Part shown: positions 9,545 to 17,051 of the stretch, in pieces
Layout of the letters: each line of letters begins with the position of its first letter
How positions within the stretch are numbered: position 1 is the stretch's first letter
Origin: an uncultured virus (IMG/VR IMGVR_UViG_3300027975_000004)
Lineage: Duplodnaviria > Heunggongvirae > Uroviricota > Caudoviricetes
Direction: 5' to 3' (one strand)
Length of the DNA stretch: 20,000 nucleotides
Virus record (IMG/VR): IMGVR_UViG_3300027975_000004
The notes under the pieces: generated by a model
Database searches by the model: none
The model's input: the letters and a program-made list of their open reading frames with translations, nothing else
What the model was told of the DNA's origin: nothing
Translations under genes and position numbers: made by a program

Positions 9545-9738
9545 CTGAGTTAAGTTAGGCTTAGTCGTGGGCGAAATATATTTTTATGAAGGAGCTTAAG
9601 TTTACTTAGGGGGGCGTTATCTGAGTTAACTTAGCTTTTTCGGACACGCCCTATATTTTTCTGAGTTAACTTAGGCTCGTTACTAAGTAAACTTAAGCGG
9701 CGTAGTGGGCGCGATATATTTTTCTGAGTTAACTTAGG
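9545..9738. repeat. cluster of six ~14-bp near-palindromic repeats CTGAGTTAACTTAG
   Basis: exact at 9621, 9661, 9724; variants at 9545, 9595 and 9683 (the last two are exact reverse complements). Confidence 0.85.
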
Positions 9739-9860
9739 TAGGGTCGTGGGCTTTGAGTTTGCGAAACTCAGCACAAGCACAAGGGAGGAGTCACATCAGC
9801 CGGCGCGGGGGGTAGGGGTCGGGTGGGGTCGCGCCCTGGCCGTTCGTGCGCGCTGATCGG

Positions 9861-9873
9861 TCTAACGATTAGA
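9861..9873. repeat. palindrome copy 1 TCTAACGATTAGA
   Basis: 1 bp upstream of the -35 TTGACA. Confidence 0.9.
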
Positions 9874-9874
9874 A

Positions 9875-9903
9875 TTGACATTCTGACTAGTAAAAGATAT
9901 TAT
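9875..9903 (+). promoter_or_regulatory. sigma70 promoter P1
   Basis: TTGACA-17 bp-TATTAT. Confidence 0.85.
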
Positions 9904-9979
9904 GTAGTCTGTTGTAAGGTTTAACGGTGCACCTTACAGCTCTTCACCTAAGCGCCCAGATATGACAGAGGAAACTATC

Positions 9980-10759
9980 ATGGATATTATTAAGACAATG
10001 CCTGCCGATACTCTGGCAACCTATCGCGCCCAATTTGAGAATGTGGGCACTGCCACTGCGACCGCAATAGCGCGAGCAGATGTTGAGCGCGCTAAGATTA
10101 TCAACGATCTTATGGATATTGCCCGCACTACTGGGGTTTCCCCGAAGGTCGCGACCGAAGATATTATGCGCGAGGTAGTGAAACCCTGCGCACGTACCAA
10201 GCCCGAGCAAGAAGAATTCAAGTTGCTAGAAAAAGCGGGGTCCATGCCGGCGACCCTTGCCGGGAAGCTCGGGTACAACATGGGGTTAGCCTACGGGCAT
10301 AGCCTCGAGCTCGCATTTGCAAAGGGAATACCCTTTACCCCCTCGTTGTACCACAATCACAAGAAAGAGCTCGCGGCCAAAAAACAGGCAGATCATGCGG
10401 AAAAGGTCGCGCAAGCGGAACAAGTGGCATCGGACAAGGCCGCGGAGGCGAAAGCCCTCGCAAGCAAGGCCGCAAAGGCGAAGGCAAGCGATGAAGTAAA
10501 GCTTGCCGCAGCACAAGCGAAGCTTGACGCGGAAAAGGCGCAGCAAGCCGTGCGCAAAGCGATTGATGCCGCGCCTGTCTCGCAGAAAACCGGCGGCCGT
10601 AAAGCCGCGCCAAAGTCCGGCCCGATAAAGGTCCTCACGCGTCACGAGGTGGCGCTGCATGCCACGGCCTTGGTTGCCATGCTGGAATCGATTGGCGAGC
10701 TGTCTGTGGCGTCTGAGGTGCGCGAGATTCTGGCAGATAACAATCTGCTCAGCATGTAA
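9980..10759 (+). CDS. first early gene; hypothetical protein with Ala/Lys-rich helical segment
   Basis: open frame from 9962; GAGGA RBS favours ATG 9980; AAEAKALASKAAKAKA-type region. Confidence 0.75.
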   Translation: MDIIKTMPADTLATYRAQFENVGTATATAIARADVERAKIINDLMDIARTTGVSPKVATEDIMREVVKPCARTKPEQEEFKLLEKAGSMPATLAGKLGYNMGLAYGHSLELAFAKGIPFTPSLYHNHKKELAAKKQADHAEKVAQAEQVASDKAAEAKALASKAAKAKASDEVKLAAAQAKLDAEKAQQAVRKAIDAAPVSQKTGGRKAAPKSGPIKVLTRHEVALHATALVAMLESIGELSVASEVREILADNNLLSM

Positions 10760-10790
10760 AGCGCACTGCCCTGCCCGAAAGGGCAGGGAT

Positions 10791-10803
10791 TCTAACGGTT
10801 AGA
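10791..10803. repeat. palindrome copy 2 TCTAACGGTTAGA
   Basis: follows hairpin CCCTGCCC-GAAA-GGGCAGGG (10769-10788) and precedes the RBS/ATG at 10818. Confidence 0.9.
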
Positions 10804-10817
10804 ACTAGGGGAAAATC

Positions 10818-10973
10818 ATGCTTGAATTACTCGCGTTGCTTCTTGAATGCCGCACTAGTGGCACCTTGCCCCCCGAGCTCTCGCGCCGGGTTGATACGGT
10901 GGTCAAAGATACCCTCGCACAATGCGATGCCCTGCTAGGGTGGCAGGAAGAGCTTGAGAGGCTTGACGCGTGA
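10818..10973 (+). CDS. small hypothetical protein (51 aa, MLELLALLLECRTSG...), absent from ORF track
   Basis: AGGGGA RBS, ATG 10818, TGA 10973; translated by hand. Confidence 0.6.
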   Translation: MLELLALLLECRTSGTLPPELSRRVDTVVKDTLAQCDALLGWQEELERLDA

Positions 10974-11053
10974 GCGTAGGGCAGGAACTAGGCTGGCTCA
11001 CGCTGGCGATCATGGCGGGCTTTGTGATTCTGGCATGGCTCTTTGAATGGTAG
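10970..11053 (+). CDS. 27-aa single-TM membrane peptide MSVGQELGWLTLAIMAGFVILAWLFEW
   Basis: GTGA overlap with the previous stop, GAGG RBS, ends just before a terminator. Confidence 0.5.
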   Translation: MSVGQELGWLTLAIMAGFVILAWLFEW

Positions 11054-11056
11054 GAC

Positions 11057-11080
11057 AGGCCCGCTTCGGCGGGCTTTTTT
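11057..11080 (+). terminator. intrinsic terminator
   Basis: GCCCGC-TTCG-GCGGGC-TTTTTT. Confidence 0.9.
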
Positions 11081-11227
11081 GCGCCCATCGATTTTGCCCG
11101 CGTCAGCGGGCGTGTCGTGGGCGAAACGTCATAGTAGTTAGTAGCGAGCGAGGGGCAGGCGAGCGGGCGCGAGGGCGTCATAGTGGCTGGGGGCGGGCGA
11201 GTGAGTGTATAATAAGATAGTAGTAGA

Positions 11228-11256
11228 TTTACAAATGGGTTAGGCGCCGTTATGAT
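11228..11256 (+). promoter_or_regulatory. sigma70 promoter P2
   Basis: TTTACA-17 bp-TATGAT. Confidence 0.75.
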
Positions 11257-11261
11257 GCAAC

Positions 11262-11278
11262 GGTCTAATCGTTAGACC
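11262..11278. repeat. palindrome copy 3 GGTCTAATCGTTAGACC (inverted relative to copy 1)
   Basis: overlaps the predicted +1 of P2, just before the AAGGAG RBS. Confidence 0.9.
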
Positions 11279-11292
11279 TCAAAGGAGAAATC

Positions 11293-11637
11293 ATGTTTTC
11301 ACGAACTGTATGGCCATTTAAAAACATGCAAGTGGGCGAGAGCTGCACCATAGGCCCTGAACGCGCTGCGCGGGCTAAGACCTACTGCCACGTGTATGCG
11401 GCACAGGCAGGCAAGCGCATGACGTGGAAAACTGAGCGTGGGGGCAGTATCACCGTGACTAGGCTGCCAGATCGCGCCACAACCCAGATAACCCTGACCG
11501 CAGACGAAGCAAGAGTACTGAAGGAGCTCTTCCCGAGCGCGGCAAGGCTGCGAGAGTTCTGCCGAATTATGGCCGGCAAGGTGAAGGCAACAGAGCTGCC
11601 GAACGGGTATATTAAACTAGAGAAAAGAACAGAATGA
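11293..11637 (+). CDS. hypothetical basic protein, possibly DNA-binding
   Basis: 114 aa, WPFKNMQVGES...ITVTRL small phage-domain pattern; strong RBS. Confidence 0.75.
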   Translation: MFSRTVWPFKNMQVGESCTIGPERAARAKTYCHVYAAQAGKRMTWKTERGGSITVTRLPDRATTQITLTADEARVLKELFPSAARLREFCRIMAGKVKATELPNGYIKLEKRTE

Positions 11638-11638
11638 G

Positions 11639-12060
11639 TGTAACGCGTGTAACGTTTTGAGGCACTCCTGTAACGTGAAAACGTTACAGGTTTTCTTATA
11701 GTGCAAGTGACTGATTTAACAGAGAGAGAGAGAGATAAATTAATTATTTGTTAGTAGTTGTAGCGCTGTTACGCTGTTTTTGGGGAGTGCGGCTGGGAAA
11801 TTCCTTTTTCCCCCTTTCCTTGCTGGTTATAGAACATATCTTTCCGTGTTTTCGCTGAAAAGGGCTCCGGCAGCCACCCACCCTTTTTTGGCGTAACGTC
11901 ACATCGATACCCCGTTGATTCTAAAGGCTTTTTAGACTAAGTGCGTAACCTATATTTTTTCAAGTCATTGATTTTAGGCAACAAAAAAGTGACGCTGTAA
12001 CGTTTTTTTGGTTATAAAGTACTACGAGATTCTTTCATAACTATCTTCACCTTGTTCATA
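11639..12060. other. AT-rich non-coding region with TGTAACG/CGTTACA repeats; possible replication origin
   Basis: TGTAACG at 11639, 11648, 11669, 11996; inverse at 11682; (AG)n run near 11721; no ORF. Confidence 0.4.
11667..11697 (+). terminator. hairpin with T tail
   Basis: CCTGTAACGT-GAAA-ACGTTACAGG then TTTTCTT. Confidence 0.6.
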
Positions 12061-12083
12061 ATACTTCCCACTTACCCCTATAC

Positions 12084-12112
12084 TTGACAAACACGCCACC
12101 GTGTGATATACT
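12084..12112 (+). promoter_or_regulatory. sigma70 promoter P3
   Basis: TTGACA-17 bp-TATACT, extended -10 TG. Confidence 0.85.
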
Positions 12113-12155
12113 TGTATCTTGCTTCGTACGTATTTATCCTAGTATTATCCCCTCC

Positions 12156-12187
12156 GGTCTAACGATTAGACCACCCTGTATAGGGTG
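12156..12187. repeat. palindrome copy 4 plus second hairpin
   Basis: GGTCTAACGATTAGAC-CACCCT-GTAT-AGGGTG. Confidence 0.9.
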
Positions 12188-12203
12188 CACAAAAGGACTC
12201 AAG

Positions 12204-12548
12204 ATGACCCCCAACCTCAAGCTTGAACTGTTGCCGACTCTCGACGGTTTACCTTTACCCCTACAATATATAGAAGGCGTGCGTTATGTCATGCTGACAG
12301 GCCGCCTCTACCCGCTAGCGGAGTTTGTTGCCACTCTCCAGCACTACTCCAACCCCGAGGACATGCCCACCCTCTCGCTTGCCACCCTACCCACGGCCAC
12401 GCGGGACCAAGATATTTACAAGCGCGTCACGTACGAGGGCCAGAGCATGGCGAAGGCTGGTGCCGTGCATGGCCTATCCCGCCAACGCGTTAAGCAGATC
12501 ATTGACCACCTACGGGCCACCGCTGTAGCCCACCTACTTGACAAATAG
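12204..12548 (+). CDS. helix-turn-helix DNA-binding protein (sigma70 region 4-like C-terminus)
   Basis: RDQDIYKRVTYEGQSMAKAGAVHGLSRQRVKQII; AAGGA RBS before ATG 12204. Confidence 0.8.
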   Translation: MTPNLKLELLPTLDGLPLPLQYIEGVRYVMLTGRLYPLAEFVATLQHYSNPEDMPTLSLATLPTATRDQDIYKRVTYEGQSMAKAGAVHGLSRQRVKQIIDHLRATAVAHLLDK

Positions 12549-12566
12549 GCTAGTATATGATATAAT
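12538..12566 (+). promoter_or_regulatory. perfect consensus sigma70 promoter P4
   Basis: TTGACA-17 bp-TATAAT, extended -10 TG. Confidence 0.9.
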
Positions 12567-12617
12567 ACATACTCAATACTGAGTTCTCGACCACAACCCA
12601 GCCGCCTATTGCTAGGC

Positions 12618-12650
12618 GGTCTAACAGTTAGACCCACCCTGCATAGGGTG
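12618..12650. repeat. palindrome copy 5 plus second hairpin
   Basis: GGTCTAACAGTTAGACC-CACCCT-GCAT-AGGGTG; preceded by hairpin CCGCCTA-TTGC-TAGGCGG. Confidence 0.9.
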
Positions 12651-12670
12651 ACCACTACTAAGGACACATC

Positions 12671-13444
12671 ATGACATTGCCCACTGCATACGACTTACTT
12701 GCCGCCCACTACGACAAACACAAATACAAGCGAGGTGCCTACGTAGGCTCCGCCCCGCTAGACGCTCACAAACGACGCAAGACAAACCAGCGCGTGACCG
12801 TCAGCCCTCTGTGTGCAGAGGTCGTGTGCCACAAAACCCCCATCCTTCGAGCCTATCCCGACGGTCGAGTGCAGCTCGACGCCAGCTCGTGGCGCACTAA
12901 CGTCACCAAGGACACGCTCAACAGCGCCCTCGCACGTATCAAACTGCCGTCTCGAATCTATTCACACAAGCGGTTCGGACTCAGCCAGTGGCACCTGTAC
13001 AGCCCCACCCACGGCCACTACGCCTTTTACGATGGGATGTATCTCAACCAACACGGCACACCCCGTCGATCCCTTCCGTTCAAGCGCAGGTGTATCGACA
13101 CCACCCAATCCCGACCCTTCGCCGCTTCTGCACGGGAGTTCCGCTCAGTGTTCCCTGTGCTGCACGCTGGGGTGCCCGACACTAAAGACGCTGCCGCTGC
13201 CAACGATACGCAACAGCTCTATTACCAGCACAAGCTATATGACTCCCGAGCTGTTGCCCTTGCTATCACCACTCAGCCTGAGCTGTGGCCTGCCGTTGTT
13301 GCCGCGTACAGTCAACTATCTATTCACATCATGTGGCAACAGCGCAAGCTGCCAGCCAAGGACACCCTCAACCACATCCTCACTAAAGCCAAGGAGCACA
13401 TGTACCACACGATAGAAACCCTCGTCACTCACATCCCTGCCTGA
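12671..13444 (+). CDS. hypothetical phage protein
   Basis: 257 aa, TAAGGA RBS, first gene after P4. Confidence 0.75.
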   Translation: MTLPTAYDLLAAHYDKHKYKRGAYVGSAPLDAHKRRKTNQRVTVSPLCAEVVCHKTPILRAYPDGRVQLDASSWRTNVTKDTLNSALARIKLPSRIYSHKRFGLSQWHLYSPTHGHYAFYDGMYLNQHGTPRRSLPFKRRCIDTTQSRPFAASAREFRSVFPVLHAGVPDTKDAAAANDTQQLYYQHKLYDSRAVALAITTQPELWPAVVAAYSQLSIHIMWQQRKLPAKDTLNHILTKAKEHMYHTIETLVTHIPA

Positions 13445-13459
13445 GTCTAACCGTTAGAC
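13445..13459. repeat. palindrome copy 6 GTCTAACCGTTAGAC
   Basis: begins immediately after the TGA of 12671-13444. Confidence 0.9.
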
Positions 13460-13509
13460 CCAGTCAACTATCTATTCACATATCTATTCATCACCACTAA
13501 GGACACACC

Positions 13510-14574
13510 ATGAAAGTCACACTGCAACAAGCTGCCACCCTCGTGCAGACCTGCGGACACACCAATACGTTCCTCCTGCGCGGTGCCCCGGGCATCGGCA
13601 AATCGAGCATCCTCACGTCCCTTGCACGTCACATGCCGGACTACCACCCTGCGTACATCGACTGCGCTAACCTAGACCTAGGCGACCTCGGGCTGCCTAT
13701 CATTGACCGACCTGCCCACGCCATACCCACCACGACCTACGCCCCGAACGTACGGTTCGGTGCACACCAGCCACGCCCCGTGCTTATCATGCTCGACGAG
13801 CTGGGCAAGGCGTCCCGGCCGGTGCTTAACATGCTGTTGCCGGTCATCCTCGAGCGCAGGCTAGGCGACCATCCCCTGCCCCCGGGCTCTATAGTCTTTG
13901 CCACGACTAACCTCGACACTGACGGCGTGGGAGATAACATCCCGGCTCATGCGTACAACCGCATGACTGTGCTGCCTATTGCCAACCCCACGGCAGAGGA
14001 GTGGATCAACTGGGCCACATCCTCCCCTCACAACGCCATCGCAGCAGAGGTGCTGGCCTTCGCCCAAGAATATTCCCAAGTGTTCGAGTGTTATGCCGAC
14101 GACCCCACGACCAAGAACCCGTACATATTCAACCCCCTCAACAACCAGACCCGTGCCTTCTGTAGCCCTCGGTCTCTCGCTCATGCCTCACACATCATCA
14201 CGCATCGCCACACGCTAGGCGAAGCTACACTACCTGCCCTGATTGGCACCGTGGGTGAGTCTGCTGCCCGCGACATGGACGCCCTGCTGCGGCTGTCTGA
14301 CAAGCTGCCGCCCACCGAGACTATTACCGAGCACCCGGACACTGCCCCACTGCCCCCGGACACGGCCAGTTACTTTATCTTGGCCTTCAGGCTGGCGATG
14401 GACACGACCCGCACGACTATCGCCCCTGTCATGACGTATATCAACCGATGGGAGTCGTTCGAGGCACGTGCGCTGTACATCACCACCGTGGCGGGCAACC
14501 GTGACAAGGCCCCGATGGCCTGTGCCGACTCGCTGTTCCGGCGTGCAGCGTCGGATATGGGCAAGTACTTCTAA
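13510..14574 (+). CDS. AAA+ ATPase (MoxR/AAA_5-like)
   Basis: Walker A GAPGIGKS, Walker B IMLDE, sensor I FATTN, Arg finger YNRM, sensor II SPRS. Confidence 0.9.
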   Translation: MKVTLQQAATLVQTCGHTNTFLLRGAPGIGKSSILTSLARHMPDYHPAYIDCANLDLGDLGLPIIDRPAHAIPTTTYAPNVRFGAHQPRPVLIMLDELGKASRPVLNMLLPVILERRLGDHPLPPGSIVFATTNLDTDGVGDNIPAHAYNRMTVLPIANPTAEEWINWATSSPHNAIAAEVLAFAQEYSQVFECYADDPTTKNPYIFNPLNNQTRAFCSPRSLAHASHIITHRHTLGEATLPALIGTVGESAARDMDALLRLSDKLPPTETITEHPDTAPLPPDTASYFILAFRLAMDTTRTTIAPVMTYINRWESFEARALYITTVAGNRDKAPMACADSLFRRAASDMGKYF

Positions 14575-14600
14575 CCGTTAGACCCACCCTGTATAGGGTG
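14570..14600. repeat. palindrome copy 7 plus second hairpin; contains the ATPase stop codon
   Basis: TCTAACCGTTAGACC-CACCCT-GTAT-AGGGTG; TAA at 14572-14574. Confidence 0.9.
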
Positions 14601-14619
14601 CACCAGCATGGAGACCACT

Positions 14620-14901
14620 ATGACACAACACACACCCGGGCCGTGGCACGTCGGCGTTAAACAAGCTGAAAAGATCATTTACGACGCTAGCGGCTGGGCA
14701 GTGGCGAATGCCACGGTCTACCACGGCGAGAATGATGCAAAAGCAAACGCTCGCTTGATCGCCGCTGCGCCTGACTTGTTGGAGGCGCTGAAAACGCTGC
14801 AAAGCATGGCGTCTACGTTTCCAAACGAACTTCACAAAGATCATCCGGATGTAGTCGCAGCCCGTGCCGCCATTGCCCGAGCAACAGGAGATAACCAATG
14901 A
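14620..14901 (+). CDS. hypothetical phage protein (HTPGPW...ANARLIAAAPDLLEAL family)
   Basis: widely seen phage motif; GGAG RBS before ATG 14620. Confidence 0.85.
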   Translation: MTQHTPGPWHVGVKQAEKIIYDASGWAVANATVYHGENDAKANARLIAAAPDLLEALKTLQSMASTFPNELHKDHPDVVAARAAIARATGDNQ

Positions 14902-15122
14902 ACTTAATCGAAGAGGCCACGATAGGCCAGCACTACATCTGCCCCGTGGAGTACGGCGACGTGACCGGACTGACTGATCACGAGGAGGCCCAGCTCAACC
15001 AATGGCTAGCCCACTACCCCGGCGCCACGTTCGTATTCGGAGATGAGGATGAGTTCGCCCGGTGTGAGATCACCGGGCTAATGGGTAACTGTGTGAAGGT
15101 GAAGATATATGAAAGCGCATGA
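14898..15122 (+). CDS. small acidic hypothetical protein
   Basis: 74 aa, AGGAG RBS, ATGA overlap. Confidence 0.75.
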   Translation: MNLIEEATIGQHYICPVEYGDVTGLTDHEEAQLNQWLAHYPGATFVFGDEDEFARCEITGLMGNCVKVKIYESA

Positions 15123-15303
15123 ACGAATGCTCTACACGGCTTTTTTTGTAATGTTAGCTGCGCATGTGGGCCTTTTAGCCCTATGGATAACAAATGGGGC
15201 AAGCCTGCTCGTGATGTCACTAAACACTGCGCTTTCTGGCCTTGTTGGTTTCACCTGCGCTGTTGTTGTTGATTATTGGAAACGTAACCGGAGATCAATA
15301 TGA
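15109..15303 (+). CDS. small membrane protein (2 TM)
   Basis: 64 aa, two hydrophobic stretches, basic tail. Confidence 0.65.
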   Translation: MKAHERMLYTAFFVMLAAHVGLLALWITNGASLLVMSLNTALSGLVGFTCAVVVDYWKRNRRSI

Positions 15304-15533
15304 AACCCAAGTGTGACTGCCTTAATTTCTGCGGTGACGACCCGCACATCGACAAGGGGCTGGTGCGACCGTGCCCGACCTTCCAGCAGGAGACGGCTAG
15401 GAAGCGATTGCACGACGCAGCACCTGACCTGCTCGCCTCGTGCAAGGAGTTGATTAACTGTGCTGACCATAACCGGGACATGGCCGAGATACGTAGGGCG
15501 CGTGCAGTAATACGTCAAGTGGAGGGGAAATGA
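15300..15533 (+). CDS. hypothetical Cys-rich protein with AAPDLL motif
   Basis: 77 aa, CDCLNFC..C; ATGA overlaps at both ends. Confidence 0.7.
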   Translation: MKPKCDCLNFCGDDPHIDKGLVRPCPTFQQETARKRLHDAAPDLLASCKELINCADHNRDMAEIRRARAVIRQVEGK

Positions 15534-15862
15534 AAGCACATGAGCTGCTGATGTTCGCCGCTAACACTATCAAGGGCGAGTACCCGGAGGAGCAGTGGCC
15601 GGACTACCACGTGCCCGAGATGGAGCGCGCTGCCGCCGTCCTGCCTCAGCTGACCGACAACATCGAGAAGCTACTCAAACTGAACGCCGAGCGGGAGGAA
15701 ACAGTGCGGAAGATGATACGCCTGACTCTGGCCTGTATGCCCGGATCGAAAGAGTACGTACGTCTTAATCTCAGCTCCGATTCTTACCAGAAGAAGCAGC
15801 ATACAGAACGACGCAAGAAGTTAATCCAATCCCTTGAGGAGTATGCAAATGAAGGCAAGTGA
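15530..15862 (+). CDS. hypothetical protein
   Basis: 110 aa, GGAGG RBS, ATGA overlap. Confidence 0.7.
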   Translation: MKAHELLMFAANTIKGEYPEEQWPDYHVPEMERAAAVLPQLTDNIEKLLKLNAEREETVRKMIRLTLACMPGSKEYVRLNLSSDSYQKKQHTERRKKLIQSLEEYANEGK

Positions 15863-16211
15863 ACTGACAGGTATGGCGCTCAACCTAGCGGTTGATCTTG
15901 CCGAAGGGTGGCAGCTAGTCACCGCCACAGACAACGCAGGTAGCTACCCATACCTGATGAAAGGAGACAAATATAAAGACCCTAAAAAGTCACGGTATGC
16001 GTCCAGTTGGATGCACGCAGGGCCGATCATCGAGCGGGAGAAAATTTCAGTGGCTTATGAGCCTTCATTGCTTTACGACGATTCATGTCGCTGGAAAGCA
16101 CTCTTCCCAATGAGTGACAGAGAGCATGAGTACGGCCCAACCCCCCTCATTGCAGCCATGCGTTGCTACGTCGCCTCAAAACTGGGCGACGAGGTAGACG
16201 TGCCGTTCTAA
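15849..16211 (+). CDS. DUF2591/NinX-like phage protein
   Basis: ELTGMALNLAV...WMHAGPIIEREKI...GPTPLIAAMRCYVASKLGDEVDVP. Confidence 0.8.
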   Translation: MKASELTGMALNLAVDLAEGWQLVTATDNAGSYPYLMKGDKYKDPKKSRYASSWMHAGPIIEREKISVAYEPSLLYDDSCRWKALFPMSDREHEYGPTPLIAAMRCYVASKLGDEVDVPF

Positions 16212-16236
16212 CCGCTAGACCACCCTGTATGGGGTG
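16207..16236. repeat. palindrome copy 8 (one mismatch) plus second hairpin; contains the upstream stop codon
   Basis: TCTAACCGCTAGAC-CACCCT-GTAT-GGGGTG; TAA at 16209-16211. Confidence 0.85.
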
Positions 16237-16260
16237 CCAATTATTACCAAGGACACAATC

Positions 16261-16491
16261 GTGAAACTACGTAAACCCGGTGGGCAACCACCGTTTCGGG
16301 CGGACTATGGGATATACATCAAAGAGCTGCTTTCTACCATTCCGGCCACGTTTGCAGTAACTAGCAAGCGACATGCTGCCAGTGTGCGGTTTTTGTACAA
16401 GCTGGCGGAGTACCTAATGAGTGAAGAATACGCAGCTAAATCAGCCAAAGCTCTGGCCAAGAAAAACGGAGATCACCATGCTACGACTTGA
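16261..16491 (+). CDS. hypothetical basic protein
   Basis: AAGGA RBS before GTG 16261. Confidence 0.6.
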   Translation: MKLRKPGGQPPFRADYGIYIKELLSTIPATFAVTSKRHAASVRFLYKLAEYLMSEEYAAKSAKALAKKNGDHHATT

Positions 16492-16645
16492 GACAACATC
16501 AAACGGACGCACGATTGTGCGGTTACACAAGGACTGGAACCCGACACGGATAGGCCGAGCCTATACGCCACGGCCACAGATGTATGACCACCAGCGTGAC
16601 CTGACACGCTTACAGACAGCACTACTTAAGGAGGCCAAGCAATGA
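16478..16645 (+). CDS. small hypothetical protein
   Basis: GGAG RBS before ATG 16478; ATGA overlap with the next gene. Confidence 0.6.
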   Translation: MLRLETTSNGRTIVRLHKDWNPTRIGRAYTPRPQMYDHQRDLTRLQTALLKEAKQ

Positions 16646-17049
16646 GTGACTATCTAAATGTTGACGAGCTACGGGACAGAGTGTCCGAGCTAGAGGATGA
16701 GCGCGATCAGTTCCTCGATGAGACGTGCGAGGAGGCTGGCATCGACGAAGACCACGACGACTACAACAACCTGCGCGAAGAGACTGCCGAGGTATGGGAG
16801 AAACAACAGCCCGAGGGTCAGGAGTACGCCAAGCTAATCGACATTATCGAAGAGGTAGGTAGTGCCGACTTTCTCATTCATGAGAGTCATTTCAGCGACC
16901 ATGTGCGGGAGATGCTGGAGGACGGAGGCGACGTGCCCAAGAAGTTGGCGTGGTACATCGAGATCGACTGGGAAGCTACCGCAGAGAACATCAGATCAGA
17001 CTATTCCACCATTGAGATTGACGGACAGACTTATTACTACAGGGACTAA
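16642..17049 (+). CDS. highly acidic ArdA-like antirestriction/DNA-mimic candidate
   Basis: 135 aa, very D/E-rich; C-terminal GDVPKKLAWYIEIDWEATAENI resembles the ArdA C-terminus. Confidence 0.6.
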   Translation: MSDYLNVDELRDRVSELEDERDQFLDETCEEAGIDEDHDDYNNLREETAEVWEKQQPEGQEYAKLIDIIEEVGSADFLIHESHFSDHVREMLEDGGDVPKKLAWYIEIDWEATAENIRSDYSTIEIDGQTYYYRD

Positions 17050-17051
17050 TC

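Noticed and set aside
9545..9738. Repeat cluster as a mini-CRISPR
   Set aside because: Units are only ~14 bp, irregularly spaced, in mixed orientation, and the spacers are themselves repetitive.
11208..11213. TATAAT as an additional promoter
   Set aside because: No -35 or correctly placed extended -10 TG; P2 nearby fits better.
12084..12203. N-terminal extension of the HTH ORF from TTG 12084
   Set aside because: That TTG is the -35 box; the RBS supports ATG 12204. The track starts at 16234, 16421 and 18895 were shortened for the same RBS reason.
14589..14606. CTGTATA as a LexA SOS box
   Set aside because: No CTGT-N8-ACAG second half at the correct spacing in any copy.
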